From: an uncultured Gemmatimonadales bacterium
GTDB lineage: Bacteria; Gemmatimonadota; Gemmatimonadetes; Gemmatimonadales; GWC2-71-9
DNA: 64,000 nt
Direction of reading: 5' to 3'
Assembly (NCBI GenBank): GCA_963795085.1
Contig: CAWCFX010000004.1
Coordinates: 713,072-777,071, forward strand
A program made the translations under genes and the position numbers. Under the pieces are notes generated by a model. That model did no database searches. It saw nothing but the letters and a program-made list of their open reading frames with translations, and was not told the origin of the DNA. Positions 1 to 9,655 of this stretch are shown here, in pieces (position 1 is the first letter of the stretch; each line of letters begins with the position of its first letter).

Positions 1-2
1 AC

Positions 3-563
3 ATGACCGCCACCGCCGGACAACTCGCCGGCTCCCCGCTGCCCGAAAGCGGCACCGCCGGCGCCGGCCCGCCGGACCACGGTGACATGATCCTGCAGCA
101 TGCGATGCTGACGGGTGCCCTCGAGTTGCTGCCGGATCGTTTGGCCAATATCGCGGTGCTCCCGGTGCAACTGCGGATGGTGTACCAGATCGGCCAGGGC
201 CACGGCCAGAAACTGGATGCCAGCCAGGTAAAGGATCTCGCGGCGACCATGGGCCTGGGCATCGCTGCGCAGGCGGTCGAGAGCGTCGTCATCAAGGCAG
301 TGGGGGGTCTGCTCGGCGGTCTACTGGGCGGCGCGTCCCGGGTGGCCGGCGGCGCGGCCATCACCTTTGCCGCCACCTATGCGCTGGGACATGTCGCCGA
401 CCAGTACTACGCCCAGGGCCGCACCCTGAGCGCGACGGACCTGAAGGCGCTCTTTACCAGGTTCCAGTCGGATGCGAAGACACTGTATCCCCGGGTGCAG
501 GAACAGATCCAGGCTCAGTCGCGATCGCTCAACCTGGCGGCGGTGCTGGACAAGGTGAGGTAG
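3..563 (+). CDS. YcjF/DUF697-like protein (probably 5'-truncated by the window edge)
   Basis: ORF with the pattern GALELLP..LA.IAVLPVQLRMVYQIG..HG, a Gly-rich hydrophobic segment and FAATYALG, typical of DUF697-domain proteins. Confidence 0.65.
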   Translation: MTATAGQLAGSPLPESGTAGAGPPDHGDMILQHAMLTGALELLPDRLANIAVLPVQLRMVYQIGQGHGQKLDASQVKDLAATMGLGIAAQAVESVVIKAVGGLLGGLLGGASRVAGGAAITFAATYALGHVADQYYAQGRTLSATDLKALFTRFQSDAKTLYPRVQEQIQAQSRSLNLAAVLDKVR

Positions 564-692
564 GAATTGAGGGAATGGGGGAATTGAGGAATTGATGGAA
601 TTGATGGAATTGAGGGAATTGAGGGAATTGAGAAATTTGCTGCCAATTCCCCCATTCCCCCATTCCCTCAATTCCCCCCTCCCCTCAATTCC
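563..692. repeat. Head-to-head 9-mer tandem array: (GGGAATTGA)n followed by (TCAATTCCC/CCCATTCC)n
   Basis: Read directly: G-rich arm about 563-632, C-rich arm about 644-692, between convergent genes. Confidence 0.95.
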
Positions 693-1587
693 TTCCGTTG
701 CCGCTGTCCAGCAGGAACTTGTAGCTCCCGTCGGGCTGCCGGCGCCACACGGTGAGATACTTGCCCTGGTAAACCGAGGCGCCCGGTTCGCGCGATGACC
801 GGATCGTTGCTTCGCCGGCAGTGAACCCGAGGTCGCCGCCGGCGGCAGCGCCGCCAAAGACCGGGTGCCAGGCCCACACCGAAAGCATCCGGGCCGGCGT
901 GGAGAGGCGTGCCTGGATAGCCTCGGGGCCAATCAGCAGGGGCCGCTCTCCCGGCGGTGTCGTCGCGTCGGGCGCCGCGTAGCGCCCAAAGGCGATACCG
1001 GCTCCACTGTCCCCCGCCAGCCTGGCAAAGGCCAGGTCCGCCTCGGCCATCAGCCGGGCCGGGCCGTTCATCAACGGCACCGGCCCCCGGTCAGGATCCG
1101 CCAGCGGCTGCAGCTTTCCTTCCCCGATGAGCCCGTTCTCGAGCAGCGCGACGATCTTCCAGGGTTGGGTCGGCGCCATCCGCCGCCAGACGATGATGTA
1201 GTGCCCATGAACCGAAGCCGAATCGGGCGGGTGGGCCATCCGCCGGATGATGGTGGCGCCGGTCGTAGCTCCATAGGTGCCATCGCCGGAAACCGCCAGA
1301 AATACGGGCAGACGCTCCAGCCGGACCTGGCTGATGGCCGGCTGGGAGGCGAGGGCGTGAATGATGCGGCTCCGGCTGGCAATAAAGGGCGCCCCTTCCA
1401 GCAGCAGCACCGCGTCTTCGGCCAGCGCTCCCTCGAGCCCGGCGACCAGGCCCCGGTCGAAGACGGATCTCGCGACCGCCTGCTCCGCCTCCAGCAGAGA
1501 CGCCTGGGCTTCCGGGGCGCCCTGGGCATGCAGGGGCGCCAGGGCCGTGACCAGCAGGATGGATGCGGTAACAGTGAAGCGATTCAT
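685..1587 (-). CDS. Secreted tandem DUF4440/SnoaL (NTF2-like) domain protein
   Basis: Signal peptide; two repeats ending GHYIIVWRR..WKIV and GKYLTVWRRQPDGSYKFLLDSG. Confidence 0.8.
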   Translation of the reverse strand: MNRFTVTASILLVTALAPLHAQGAPEAQASLLEAEQAVARSVFDRGLVAGLEGALAEDAVLLLEGAPFIASRSRIIHALASQPAISQVRLERLPVFLAVSGDGTYGATTGATIIRRMAHPPDSASVHGHYIIVWRRMAPTQPWKIVALLENGLIGEGKLQPLADPDRGPVPLMNGPARLMAEADLAFARLAGDSGAGIAFGRYAAPDATTPPGERPLLIGPEAIQARLSTPARMLSVWAWHPVFGGAAAGGDLGFTAGEATIRSSREPGASVYQGKYLTVWRRQPDGSYKFLLDSGNGRN

Positions 1588-4500
1588 TATCCGGCTGAAC
1601 CGGTGGCCCGGTCCCCAGGTGGAGGGTTCAGCGCCCGGCGGCGAACCAGGGCGCGTTCGATTTCATATGCGGTGTACGACCCGAAGTCTCCCAGCTGGCG
1701 CACGGTACCTCCCTCCAGCGCCGCGAGCGGCACACCGTCGCCGAAGACGATCCGGTTCTTGCGAAGTGCCGGCACCCGCTCGCCCGGCGTGACGATACCC
1801 ACGAGGTTGAGCGGATCGGCGGCGCTGATGCTGATCAGCCGGCCCGCAGGCGGCTCCCGGCGGACCGCCCGAAGCGAGCCCACCGCCTCGGGCAAGGCGA
1901 ACTGTTCGCCCGACATGCCATGCACGAAGCGGCCGCCCCGGATTTCGCCCCGCGCCTCCAGACGGCGGTACACCATCGCCAGTTTCCGCCAGGGAATCGT
2001 CAGGCTCTCCCGCAGCAGGGCCCGGCGGAAGACCACCCCATAGCGGCGGAGAAAAGTCCAGGCCGCGGCCTCGATGGCCTCGCCCTCGTCCCGCGGGCCG
2101 GCATGGCTCAGCAGCGACCAGCGCCCCGCGCTCTCCACGCCGGCCGCCGCCATGCGGAACCGGCGGGTGCTGCTTCCGAACGGCTTTCGCCTGTCGGAGG
2201 GAACCAGCAGTGCCCGCAACCCCGCGAAACTGTCCGAGGTCACCAGGCCCGCCGCCGCCAGTTCGCCCAGCGCGGCTTCGACCTGGGTATTGAGCAGGCC
2301 GGACCCCTGCACCAGATCATGATAAAACGAAGCGCCCCGCTGCTGTAGTACGCTCAGCACTTCCCTGGCATAGGTTGACAGCCCCTCGCCCGGGTTTTCC
2401 GGGACGCTCTGCAGGGCCAGCCACAGGTCGGCATGGGGACGGAGGAACAACGCGATGGGGGTGGAACGAATCGGCCGGCCCGCCTCTCCGCCCCCCCGTT
2501 TCCCGTCGAGCCGTCCCCACATCACCCGGCCGGTCAGGCAGAGCGTATCCAGGAGCGTGGGATCGTAGTCTTCACAACGGGCCGCCAGCAGGTCGCTCTC
2601 CCAGGCTGCCGCCGGACTCTCGAATCCATCCAGCTGGCCGACGACGGAGGCGAGTCCTTCCACTCCGCGCACCCGGTGGTCCGGATCCATGCGCTGCCAG
2701 GCGAAGAGGAAGCGCAGGTACTCCGCCTGGGTGACCGGCGCGATTTCCGCACGGAGCCGGTTGAGCGTGTAGCGGTGAATCCGGGCCAGCAGCCGGCGGT
2801 CGCACCACTCGAGGGGGCCAGGGGGCAAGGCGGCCAGGGGGCTGTTGGTCCTGTCACGCGGGGTGAATGTCCCCCGTAGCACCACCCCTTCGCCTTCCAG
2901 CTGGGCCAGGGCAATGTCGGCGTCCGAACTATCAATGCCCAGTGATTCGGCCAGGGCTGCAGCGGTGACGGGACCAACAACCTCCAGCCGCCCGCGCAGC
3001 AACTCCCGGATTGCCCCGCTGCGGTCCAGGGTAGAGCCCGGGGGAGCCGGCTCGGCGGGGCGCAGCAGGGCTTCGGGGTGAACCCGAACGATCTCGTCGG
3101 TCCGCTCGGTGGCCACCCAGAGGAAGAGGCCTCTCGCCGGGACCGCGATGCGCTTGACCCGCCCAGTCGCCTCCAGCTGGTCCAGCAGCGGCACCCAGCC
3201 GGACGCCGCCTCTCCCGCCGGCCTCGTGGCTTCCGGGTTCGAGACAAAGCCGGCCATGAGCAGCGCGTCGTGCATCTCGTCGGCGTCGCGGGGGTCGGGC
3301 CAGGCTTCTTCCCGCACCCGCTCGATGGCCGCGGAGTCCAGCGCTCCCAGGTCGGCGGCGGTCGAAGGGTCGAGCGCGCGGCGGGTCAGCACGGCCTGGG
3401 TCCGCCGCTCTTCGAGCGGCGCATCGTCGAGGAAGGCGTACGGCTTGGCGTTCAGGATTTCGTGGGTAAGCGGCGATGGCTCGGGCAGGTCCCGGGCAAT
3501 GAGCCGGACCCGGCCGCCGTGAATCTTCTCCAGGATCTCCTTGAGCTGGTCAACATCCATGGCCTCCCGGAGGCAGTCGCTGATGGTCTGCCGGGCCAGC
3601 GGATGGCCGGGGATCTCCCGGTCGCCGGGAATGTTTTCCAGGCAGGCGGCCGCATCCGGGAACACGGCGGAGAGCAGGTCTTCCGACATCATCCGCTGCA
3701 GTTGGGGGGCGACCTTGGCGCCGTTCCTGTTGCGGGGGACCGCCAGCGAGATGTTCGCGTTCCACCGCCACCGGGTGCCGAACACGGGCGCGTCCAGCAG
3801 GGCCTGCACCAGGATATTCTCCAGCGAGGCCGGATGGAGGAAACGAAAGACATCGTCCAGCGGGAACGAGTGCTGCGGCCCCAGCGACAGGAGAATGGCT
3901 TCTTCGGTCGCGGCCGCCTGCAATTCGAAATTGAACTGGCGGCAGAAGCGTTTGCGCAGCGCCAGTCCCCATGCCCGGTTGACCCGGCTGCCGAAGGGCG
4001 AGTGAATCACCAGCTGCATGCCGCCGGCCTCATCGAAGAACCGTTCGATGATGATCGTATCCTGGGTCGGGAGGGCGCCGAGGAGGCGGTGGGACTCGCC
4101 GAGGTAGGCGACGATCTGCTCGGCCGCGGCCCGCATCGCCGGCTCCCCTCCTTCTGACAGGGAAGGGGTGACCGCCAGTTCGGCTTCCAGCCAGGCGGCC
4201 GCGGTGCCGTCGTCGAGGCGCTGCTCCACCTCGCGGCGCAGGGCTGCCACCGCCTGCGACAGTTCGGCGCTTCGGGCCGGCGCCTCGCCCAGCCAGAACG
4301 GGATAGTCGGCGGCTGGCCCTTCGCATCCTCGACCCGCACCGTGCCGCTCGCCACCTGCAGGATTCGCCAGGAGGTGTTGCCCAGCTGGAAGATGTCGCC
4401 GGCCGAGCTCTCGATGGCGAAGTCCTCGTTCAGGGTGCCGATGGTGATCCGCTCCGGCTCCAGCACCACCCGGTAGTCGGCATTCTCGGGGATGGCGCCG

Positions 4501-5981
4501 CCGGACATGATGGCCGCCATGCGGGCGCCGCGGCGTCCCCGGATCCGCTGGTTAATGGCGTCCTGGTGTACCAGCGCGCCCCGGCGGCCGCGCTGGGTGG
4601 CGAAGCCCTGCGACACCATTTGAACCACTTCGTCGAATTCTTCCCGCGCGAGGCCCCGGTAGGGATACGCGCCTCGATACAGGTCATACAACTCGCCCTG
4701 GCCCCAGTCCTCCGCCGCCGACTCGGCCACGATCTGCTGGGCCAGCACATCGAGAGGCTTCTCCATCACGATGAGGTGGTCCAGCTCCCCGGCGCGCACC
4801 GCCCGGACCAGGGAGGCGCATTCCACGAGGTCGTCCCGGGTGAGCGGGAAAATCCGGCCTTTCGGCGTGCCCTGGACGGTATGACCTGACCGCCCCACCC
4901 GTTGCAGGAAGGTCGCGATGCGGTGGGGCGAGGAGATCTGGCATACCAGGTCCACGTGGCCGATATCGATGCCCAGCTCGAGCGAGGCGGTCGCGACCAG
5001 GGCGCGCAGCTTGCCGCCCCTGAGGCGCTCTTCGGCGTCCAGCCGGACCTCCTTGGCCAGGCTGCCATGGTGCGCGGTCACCGCGGACTCGCCCAGCCGT
5101 TCCGCCAGCTGCCGGGCCAGTCGCTCGGCCAGCCGGCGGGTATTGACGAAGACCAGGGTGGTCTGGTGCCCGGTAATCAGCTCGGTAAGACGCCCATAGA
5201 CTTCTTCCCATACTTCCCCGGACATGACCGCCTCGAGCGGAGAACCGGGAAGCTCGAGCGCGAGATCCATCTCGCGGCGATGGCCGCGGTTGATGATCGT
5301 GACTGCTTCCGCCATCCCGCCGGTGCGGCCGCCGGCCAGCCACTTTGCCACCGTTTCGATGGGCTTCTGCGTCGCCGAGAGGCCGATCCGCTGAACCGGC
5401 TGCTCCGCCACATGGGCCAGCCGTTCCAGGGTGAGGGCGAGGTGGGCGCCTCGCCGCGACTCGATCACCGCATGGATTTCGTCCACGATGACCGTGCGGA
5501 CCGTCTTGAGCATGTTGCGGCTGCGCTCGGCGGTCAGCAGGAGGTAGAGCGACTCGGGGGTCGTGACGAGAATGTGGGGCGGGTGGCGCAGCATGGCTGC
5601 CCGGTCCGCGGTCGGCGTGTCCCCGGTGCGCACCGCGGCGGTAATGCGGGCCGGGGCCAGGCCCATCGCCTCCGCCATCTGGCGGATCTCGCGCCGCGGC
5701 TCGGCCAGGTTCTTGTGGATGTCGCTGCTCAAGGCCTTGAGCGGCGACACGTAGATCACCCGCACCTCCTCCGGCAACTCGTGGTCGATGCCTTCCCGGA
5801 GCAGCTGGTCCAGCGCGTTGAGGAAGGCGGCCAGGGTCTTGCCGGAACCGGTCGGGGCCGCGATCAGCGTGTCCCGGCCGGCCCGAATGGCTTCCCAGCC
5901 CTCCTGCTGGGCAGAAGTAGGCTGGCCGATTTTCTCAAGAAACCAGCGGGCAACGGCGGGATGGAAACCAGCGAGGGACAT
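1587..5981 (-). CDS. lhr: Lhr-like SF2 DEAD/DEAH helicase with long C-terminal region
   Basis: APTGSGKT, DEIH, GLSAT, AHHGSL, LELGIDIG and QRVGRSGH motifs; Lhr-type C-terminus (LRRYGVVFR, RGEIRGGRFV, EQFALPEAV, SAADPLNL). Confidence 0.9.
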   Translation of the reverse strand: MSLAGFHPAVARWFLEKIGQPTSAQQEGWEAIRAGRDTLIAAPTGSGKTLAAFLNALDQLLREGIDHELPEEVRVIYVSPLKALSSDIHKNLAEPRREIRQMAEAMGLAPARITAAVRTGDTPTADRAAMLRHPPHILVTTPESLYLLLTAERSRNMLKTVRTVIVDEIHAVIESRRGAHLALTLERLAHVAEQPVQRIGLSATQKPIETVAKWLAGGRTGGMAEAVTIINRGHRREMDLALELPGSPLEAVMSGEVWEEVYGRLTELITGHQTTLVFVNTRRLAERLARQLAERLGESAVTAHHGSLAKEVRLDAEERLRGGKLRALVATASLELGIDIGHVDLVCQISSPHRIATFLQRVGRSGHTVQGTPKGRIFPLTRDDLVECASLVRAVRAGELDHLIVMEKPLDVLAQQIVAESAAEDWGQGELYDLYRGAYPYRGLAREEFDEVVQMVSQGFATQRGRRGALVHQDAINQRIRGRRGARMAAIMSGGAIPENADYRVVLEPERITIGTLNEDFAIESSAGDIFQLGNTSWRILQVASGTVRVEDAKGQPPTIPFWLGEAPARSAELSQAVAALRREVEQRLDDGTAAAWLEAELAVTPSLSEGGEPAMRAAAEQIVAYLGESHRLLGALPTQDTIIIERFFDEAGGMQLVIHSPFGSRVNRAWGLALRKRFCRQFNFELQAAATEEAILLSLGPQHSFPLDDVFRFLHPASLENILVQALLDAPVFGTRWRWNANISLAVPRNRNGAKVAPQLQRMMSEDLLSAVFPDAAACLENIPGDREIPGHPLARQTISDCLREAMDVDQLKEILEKIHGGRVRLIARDLPEPSPLTHEILNAKPYAFLDDAPLEERRTQAVLTRRALDPSTAADLGALDSAAIERVREEAWPDPRDADEMHDALLMAGFVSNPEATRPAGEAASGWVPLLDQLEATGRVKRIAVPARGLFLWVATERTDEIVRVHPEALLRPAEPAPPGSTLDRSGAIRELLRGRLEVVGPVTAAALAESLGIDSSDADIALAQLEGEGVVLRGTFTPRDRTNSPLAALPPGPLEWCDRRLLARIHRYTLNRLRAEIAPVTQAEYLRFLFAWQRMDPDHRVRGVEGLASVVGQLDGFESPAAAWESDLLAARCEDYDPTLLDTLCLTGRVMWGRLDGKRGGGEAGRPIRSTPIALFLRPHADLWLALQSVPENPGEGLSTYAREVLSVLQQRGASFYHDLVQGSGLLNTQVEAALGELAAAGLVTSDSFAGLRALLVPSDRRKPFGSSTRRFRMAAAGVESAGRWSLLSHAGPRDEGEAIEAAAWTFLRRYGVVFRRALLRESLTIPWRKLAMVYRRLEARGEIRGGRFVHGMSGEQFALPEAVGSLRAVRREPPAGRLISISAADPLNLVGIVTPGERVPALRKNRIVFGDGVPLAALEGGTVRQLGDFGSYTAYEIERALVRRRALNPPPGDRATGSAG

Positions 5982-6041
5982 GGAGGGAAGATAATTGGCG
6001 ATGGTTCAATAGTCATTGATCCATGCACCCATGGCCAGGGG

Positions 6042-7493
6042 CTACTGGCCGCTGGCCAATGCCTTGCCCAGGCTCTGCACCGTCTCCACCAGCATCCGCA
6101 GGTCGTCGATACGGGTTCTGTGATTGGTGATCGCGCAGCGGATGGCGAACCGGCCACGCAGGACCGTACTGGAGGGCAGGGCGATACCAGAGTCCTGGAG
6201 CCGAAGCAGCAGTTCGCGGTTGAGCGCATTCAGGCCGGTGTCATCCATTCCGGGACGGGTATAGCGGAAGCAGACCACGTTGAGCGGCACCGGGGCGAGC
6301 CGCTCCAGCTCCGGGGCGGCGTCGATCAGGTGGGCCAGGTGGCGGGCCTGCTCCACGTTCTGCCGGGCGAGGCGGCCGAAGGTTTCGGTGCCGTGTTCCA
6401 GGAACGACATCCACACCTTGAGGCTGCGGAACCCGCGGGAGAGTTCCGGGCCCAGCTGGGAGAAATCGACCGGGCCGGCCGCGGCTCCCCGTTCCAGCGG
6501 CTCCAGGTAGCTGGCGGCGGCCGCGAATGACGCCTGCCGGTGGGCCGCCGCGTCCCGGAACAGGATGCAGCCGGCATCATACGGGACGTGCAGCCACTTG
6601 TGCAGGTCAAAGGCGAGCGAGTCGGCCCGCTCCATGCCCTCAAGCAGCGGCTTGAGCTCGGGTGCCAGGGCGGCAATGGCGCCGAACGCCCCGTCCACGT
6701 GGAGCCAGATCTTCTCGGCCTGGCAGAAATCGGCCAGGTCCGCGAGTGGATCGATGGCGCCGGTATTGACCGTGCCGGCGTTGGCGACGATGCAGGCGGG
6801 CGTCATTCCGGCCGCCCGGTCGCTCTCGACCCGGGCCCGGAGCGCGTCCATCTCGAGCCGGAACTCGCCGTCCACCGGGATCTTGCGGAGGAATGCCCGG
6901 CCGATCCCGAGCAGGGCGACGGCCTTGTCGATGGAACTGTGGGTCTGTTCGGAGCAATAGATGGTGCGCTGGGCCGGCTGGGCCCGCAGTCCGTCACTGG
7001 CGATATCGCCGGCCGAATCGCGCGCCACCGCGAGGCCCAGCAGGTTGGCCACCGACCCGCCGGTCACCAGGATGCCGCTTCCATCCCGGGGAAACCCCAT
7101 TAGTTCCCGGCACCATTCCAGCACCTGCAGCTCTACCAGCGTCGCCGACTGCTGCCCCAGGGAGGCGTTGGTGTTCATCGCCGCCGCGATCAGTTCGGCC
7201 AGGATGCCGCCCGCGGTGCCGGAACCATTGACCCAGCCCCAGAAGCGGGGATGCCGGTTTCCCCACGCATAGGGAATCACCAGTTCCTTCGCAGCCTGGT
7301 AGCTGGCCTCGGCACCGATGCCGTCCCGGGGGACGGGCCGGCGCAGTCCCGCCCGGACCGACTCGGGGATCGGTTGCCAGACCGGGCGCTCTCGGACCGA
7401 CTCCAGCTGGCTGAACATGTCGTCGAGAATGGTGTGGCCCAGCGCGCGGAGGGCGGTCCAGTCGGAAGGGTCGAGGGTCGTTTCGTCGGTCAC
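6042..7493 (-). CDS. PLP-dependent group II amino-acid decarboxylase (aromatic-L-amino-acid/DDC-like)
   Basis: HPRFWGWV, GGSVANL, AGTVNTGAIDPL, WLHVDGAFG, DSLAFDLHKW (PLP Lys); GTG start chosen at 7493 because the longer ORF overlaps the upstream gene. Confidence 0.9.
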   Translation of the reverse strand: MTDETTLDPSDWTALRALGHTILDDMFSQLESVRERPVWQPIPESVRAGLRRPVPRDGIGAEASYQAAKELVIPYAWGNRHPRFWGWVNGSGTAGGILAELIAAAMNTNASLGQQSATLVELQVLEWCRELMGFPRDGSGILVTGGSVANLLGLAVARDSAGDIASDGLRAQPAQRTIYCSEQTHSSIDKAVALLGIGRAFLRKIPVDGEFRLEMDALRARVESDRAAGMTPACIVANAGTVNTGAIDPLADLADFCQAEKIWLHVDGAFGAIAALAPELKPLLEGMERADSLAFDLHKWLHVPYDAGCILFRDAAAHRQASFAAAASYLEPLERGAAAGPVDFSQLGPELSRGFRSLKVWMSFLEHGTETFGRLARQNVEQARHLAHLIDAAPELERLAPVPLNVVCFRYTRPGMDDTGLNALNRELLLRLQDSGIALPSSTVLRGRFAIRCAITNHRTRIDDLRMLVETVQSLGKALASGQ

Positions 7494-7527
7494 CGGGGCG
7501 TCCTGTAGTTTTGCCCCTAAGATAGCC

Positions 7528-8919
7528 TCAACGATGGAAGGCCAGCGCGCGCACCGCGGTTGCGGCCACCTGGGCGCTGCTGTCGTAGTTGGAGAGAATG
7601 ACCACGGTATGGCCCGATTCGGGGTACATCTCGATCTGGGCGCTGGTACCCGGGGCGTTGCCGCCTTTCCCGACCCGGTCCGGATGGCCGGCGAGTTCGA
7701 ACCCGTAGCCGTTGGCCCGACCGAACGGGAGCTCGGTCCGTGGGGCCAGCAACTCCGCGGTGATGGCCAGCGGGAACAGCCGCGCCGATCGTAATGCATC
7801 GAGAAACGCCACCATGTCCCGGGCGGTGGAGTAGGCCCCTCCCGCCGGGGTGCCCTTGAGGCCCTGGAGGTCCGACGCGTCACGCCGGGCGGCTGGGCCG
7901 CCGGCCGTGGCGACCGTGTAGGTCGCCGCCCGCCGCGGATCCAGGCTGGTGATGGGCTCCCAGTTGGTATCCACCATGCCGGCGGGAGCCAGGATGTTGC
8001 GGCGCACATACTCCTCGTAGGAAACGCCCGAGACGCGTTCCACGATCAGGCCGGCGACGAGGTAGCACTCGTTGCAGTACCGGGTATCGGTGCCCGGCGC
8101 AAACTCGGGGGGAGCCGCGACCCGGCGAACCAGTTCCGCCAGGGAAATGTTTTCGCGGAGCGCAATCCAGTCGGTGCTGGCACGGCCCAGGCCCGCCGTG
8201 TGGGCGAGCAGTTGGCCCACCGTGGCCCCGCGTGACGCCGCGATGGGATAGTCGGGAAGGAACCGGGACAGGGGGTCGTCAAAGGAGAGTTTTCCTTCGG
8301 CGACCAGCTTGCCGAGCGCGGCCGCGGTGATGGCCTTGCCCACCGAGGCGATGGGAAACCGGGTGACCATCTGGTTGCGGGTCTGCTGCTCGCGGTTCGC
8401 CCATCCGAAGGCGCCCTCGAAAAGCACCCGGCCATGCCGGGCCACGATGACCGACCCGGAAAAGAGATCGGCCTTCTCCATCGCCTCGAAATAGGCGGCC
8501 AGGCGGCGGGCGAGTTCCCTATCCTCCACCGCGCGAAGCGCGGCCTGGCGGAGTTCCGGCGGCGGGCCGCCTCCCATCCAGAAGACGGGCGCCTGGTCGG
8601 GTACGAAGCCCCCCAGGCTGTCGACCCGCACCTCGAACCCGAGCCAACCCCGGGACGTCGTCCCCTCGACCCACACCCGGAGTTGGCGGGGTGAGGCCTC
8701 CTCGATTCGCCTGGCTTCCACCGGCCCGACAGCCAGTCTCCATCGTCTCCAGCGGGCCGCCTCCAGCTGGTTGGCATTGAACGTACGAATGAGCGTGGCG
8801 GCGGCGGTTCCGGCCGGCGTATCGGGCAGCCGGTCAAGCACTCGGGCCGGCTCCCCCTGGGGCGAGGCCAGGGTGGAGGTGAGGGAGAGCAGCAGGGAGA
8901 AGAGCAGAACCCGGGGCAT
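7528..8919 (-). CDS. Secreted serine hydrolase (beta-lactamase family)
   Basis: Signal peptide MPRVLLFSLL; SxxK (SVGK), LLAHTAG, YCN, GGAYSTARD. Confidence 0.9.
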   Translation of the reverse strand: MPRVLLFSLLLSLTSTLASPQGEPARVLDRLPDTPAGTAAATLIRTFNANQLEAARWRRWRLAVGPVEARRIEEASPRQLRVWVEGTTSRGWLGFEVRVDSLGGFVPDQAPVFWMGGGPPPELRQAALRAVEDRELARRLAAYFEAMEKADLFSGSVIVARHGRVLFEGAFGWANREQQTRNQMVTRFPIASVGKAITAAALGKLVAEGKLSFDDPLSRFLPDYPIAASRGATVGQLLAHTAGLGRASTDWIALRENISLAELVRRVAAPPEFAPGTDTRYCNECYLVAGLIVERVSGVSYEEYVRRNILAPAGMVDTNWEPITSLDPRRAATYTVATAGGPAARRDASDLQGLKGTPAGGAYSTARDMVAFLDALRSARLFPLAITAELLAPRTELPFGRANGYGFELAGHPDRVGKGGNAPGTSAQIEMYPESGHTVVILSNYDSSAQVAATAVRALAFHR

Positions 8920-9076
8920 GGCAGGTCTGACGTGTCGGGATCCCATAGGGTTGCCCCAGGGCCGGCCGGGCGGACCAGGACCGGTTGGTTTATCCGCCGT
9001 CGGGCCCGCCCAGCTGCCCCGCGCGGTTCCCGGTCGCCGGTCCGCCGGTCCGGCCCCCGCTCCTTATATTCCTTCC

Positions 9077-9655
9077 ATGCCGCCCGCGATCTCCGACCTC
9101 GTCCACCGGGCTGAATCAGACCCCGCCGCCGCGGATCAGTTGTTTGCCCTGCTGTACGGCGAGCTGCGCCGGCTGGCCGATCATCATCTCCGCAGGAACG
9201 CCGGTCTCACCCTCAGCACCACCACCCTGGTCCACGAAGCGTGGCTCAGCATGTCCGGGCGGAAGGATGTCGAGTTTCCCGACCGCTCCAGGTTCTTCGC
9301 CTACGCCTCCCGCGCCATGCGGGGACTGGTGATCGACCGTGCCCGCCGCCGTGCTGCCCGGAAGCGGGGGCGCCAACTGGAGATTACTCTCGAAGAGGGC
9401 GTGGACGGTGCCGCGGTCCAGGCCGCGGCCGATCTTCCCGCCCTGGGTGAAGCGCTTGAGGAGTTGCAGGCGCTCGATCCCCGCCTGGCAGAACTGGTGG
9501 ACCTGCACTTTTTCGCGGGCTTTTCCTTCGCGGAAATCGCCGGCTTCCGAACGGTCTCCGAGCGAACGGTCCAGCGGGACTGGAAGAAGGCGCGGTTGCT
9601 GCTTCACCGGATGCTCCGGGATACCGGCGCCGCCGGCTCACTGGCCGGAGACTAG
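9077..9655 (+). CDS. ECF sigma factor, TIGR02999/Sigma70_ECF type
   Basis: LYGELRRLA, TLSTTTLVHEAWL, MRGLVIDRARRR.A.KRG, VSERTVQRDWKKAR. Confidence 0.9.
   Translation: MPPAISDLVHRAESDPAAADQLFALLYGELRRLADHHLRRNAGLTLSTTTLVHEAWLSMSGRKDVEFPDRSRFFAYASRAMRGLVIDRARRRAARKRGRQLEITLEEGVDGAAVQAAADLPALGEALEELQALDPRLAELVDLHFFAGFSFAEIAGFRTVSERTVQRDWKKARLLLHRMLRDTGAAGSLAGD

Noticed and set aside
7494..8009. 655-aa extended or fused decarboxylase
   Set aside because: The extension overlaps the serine hydrolase gene in another frame and has no domain features
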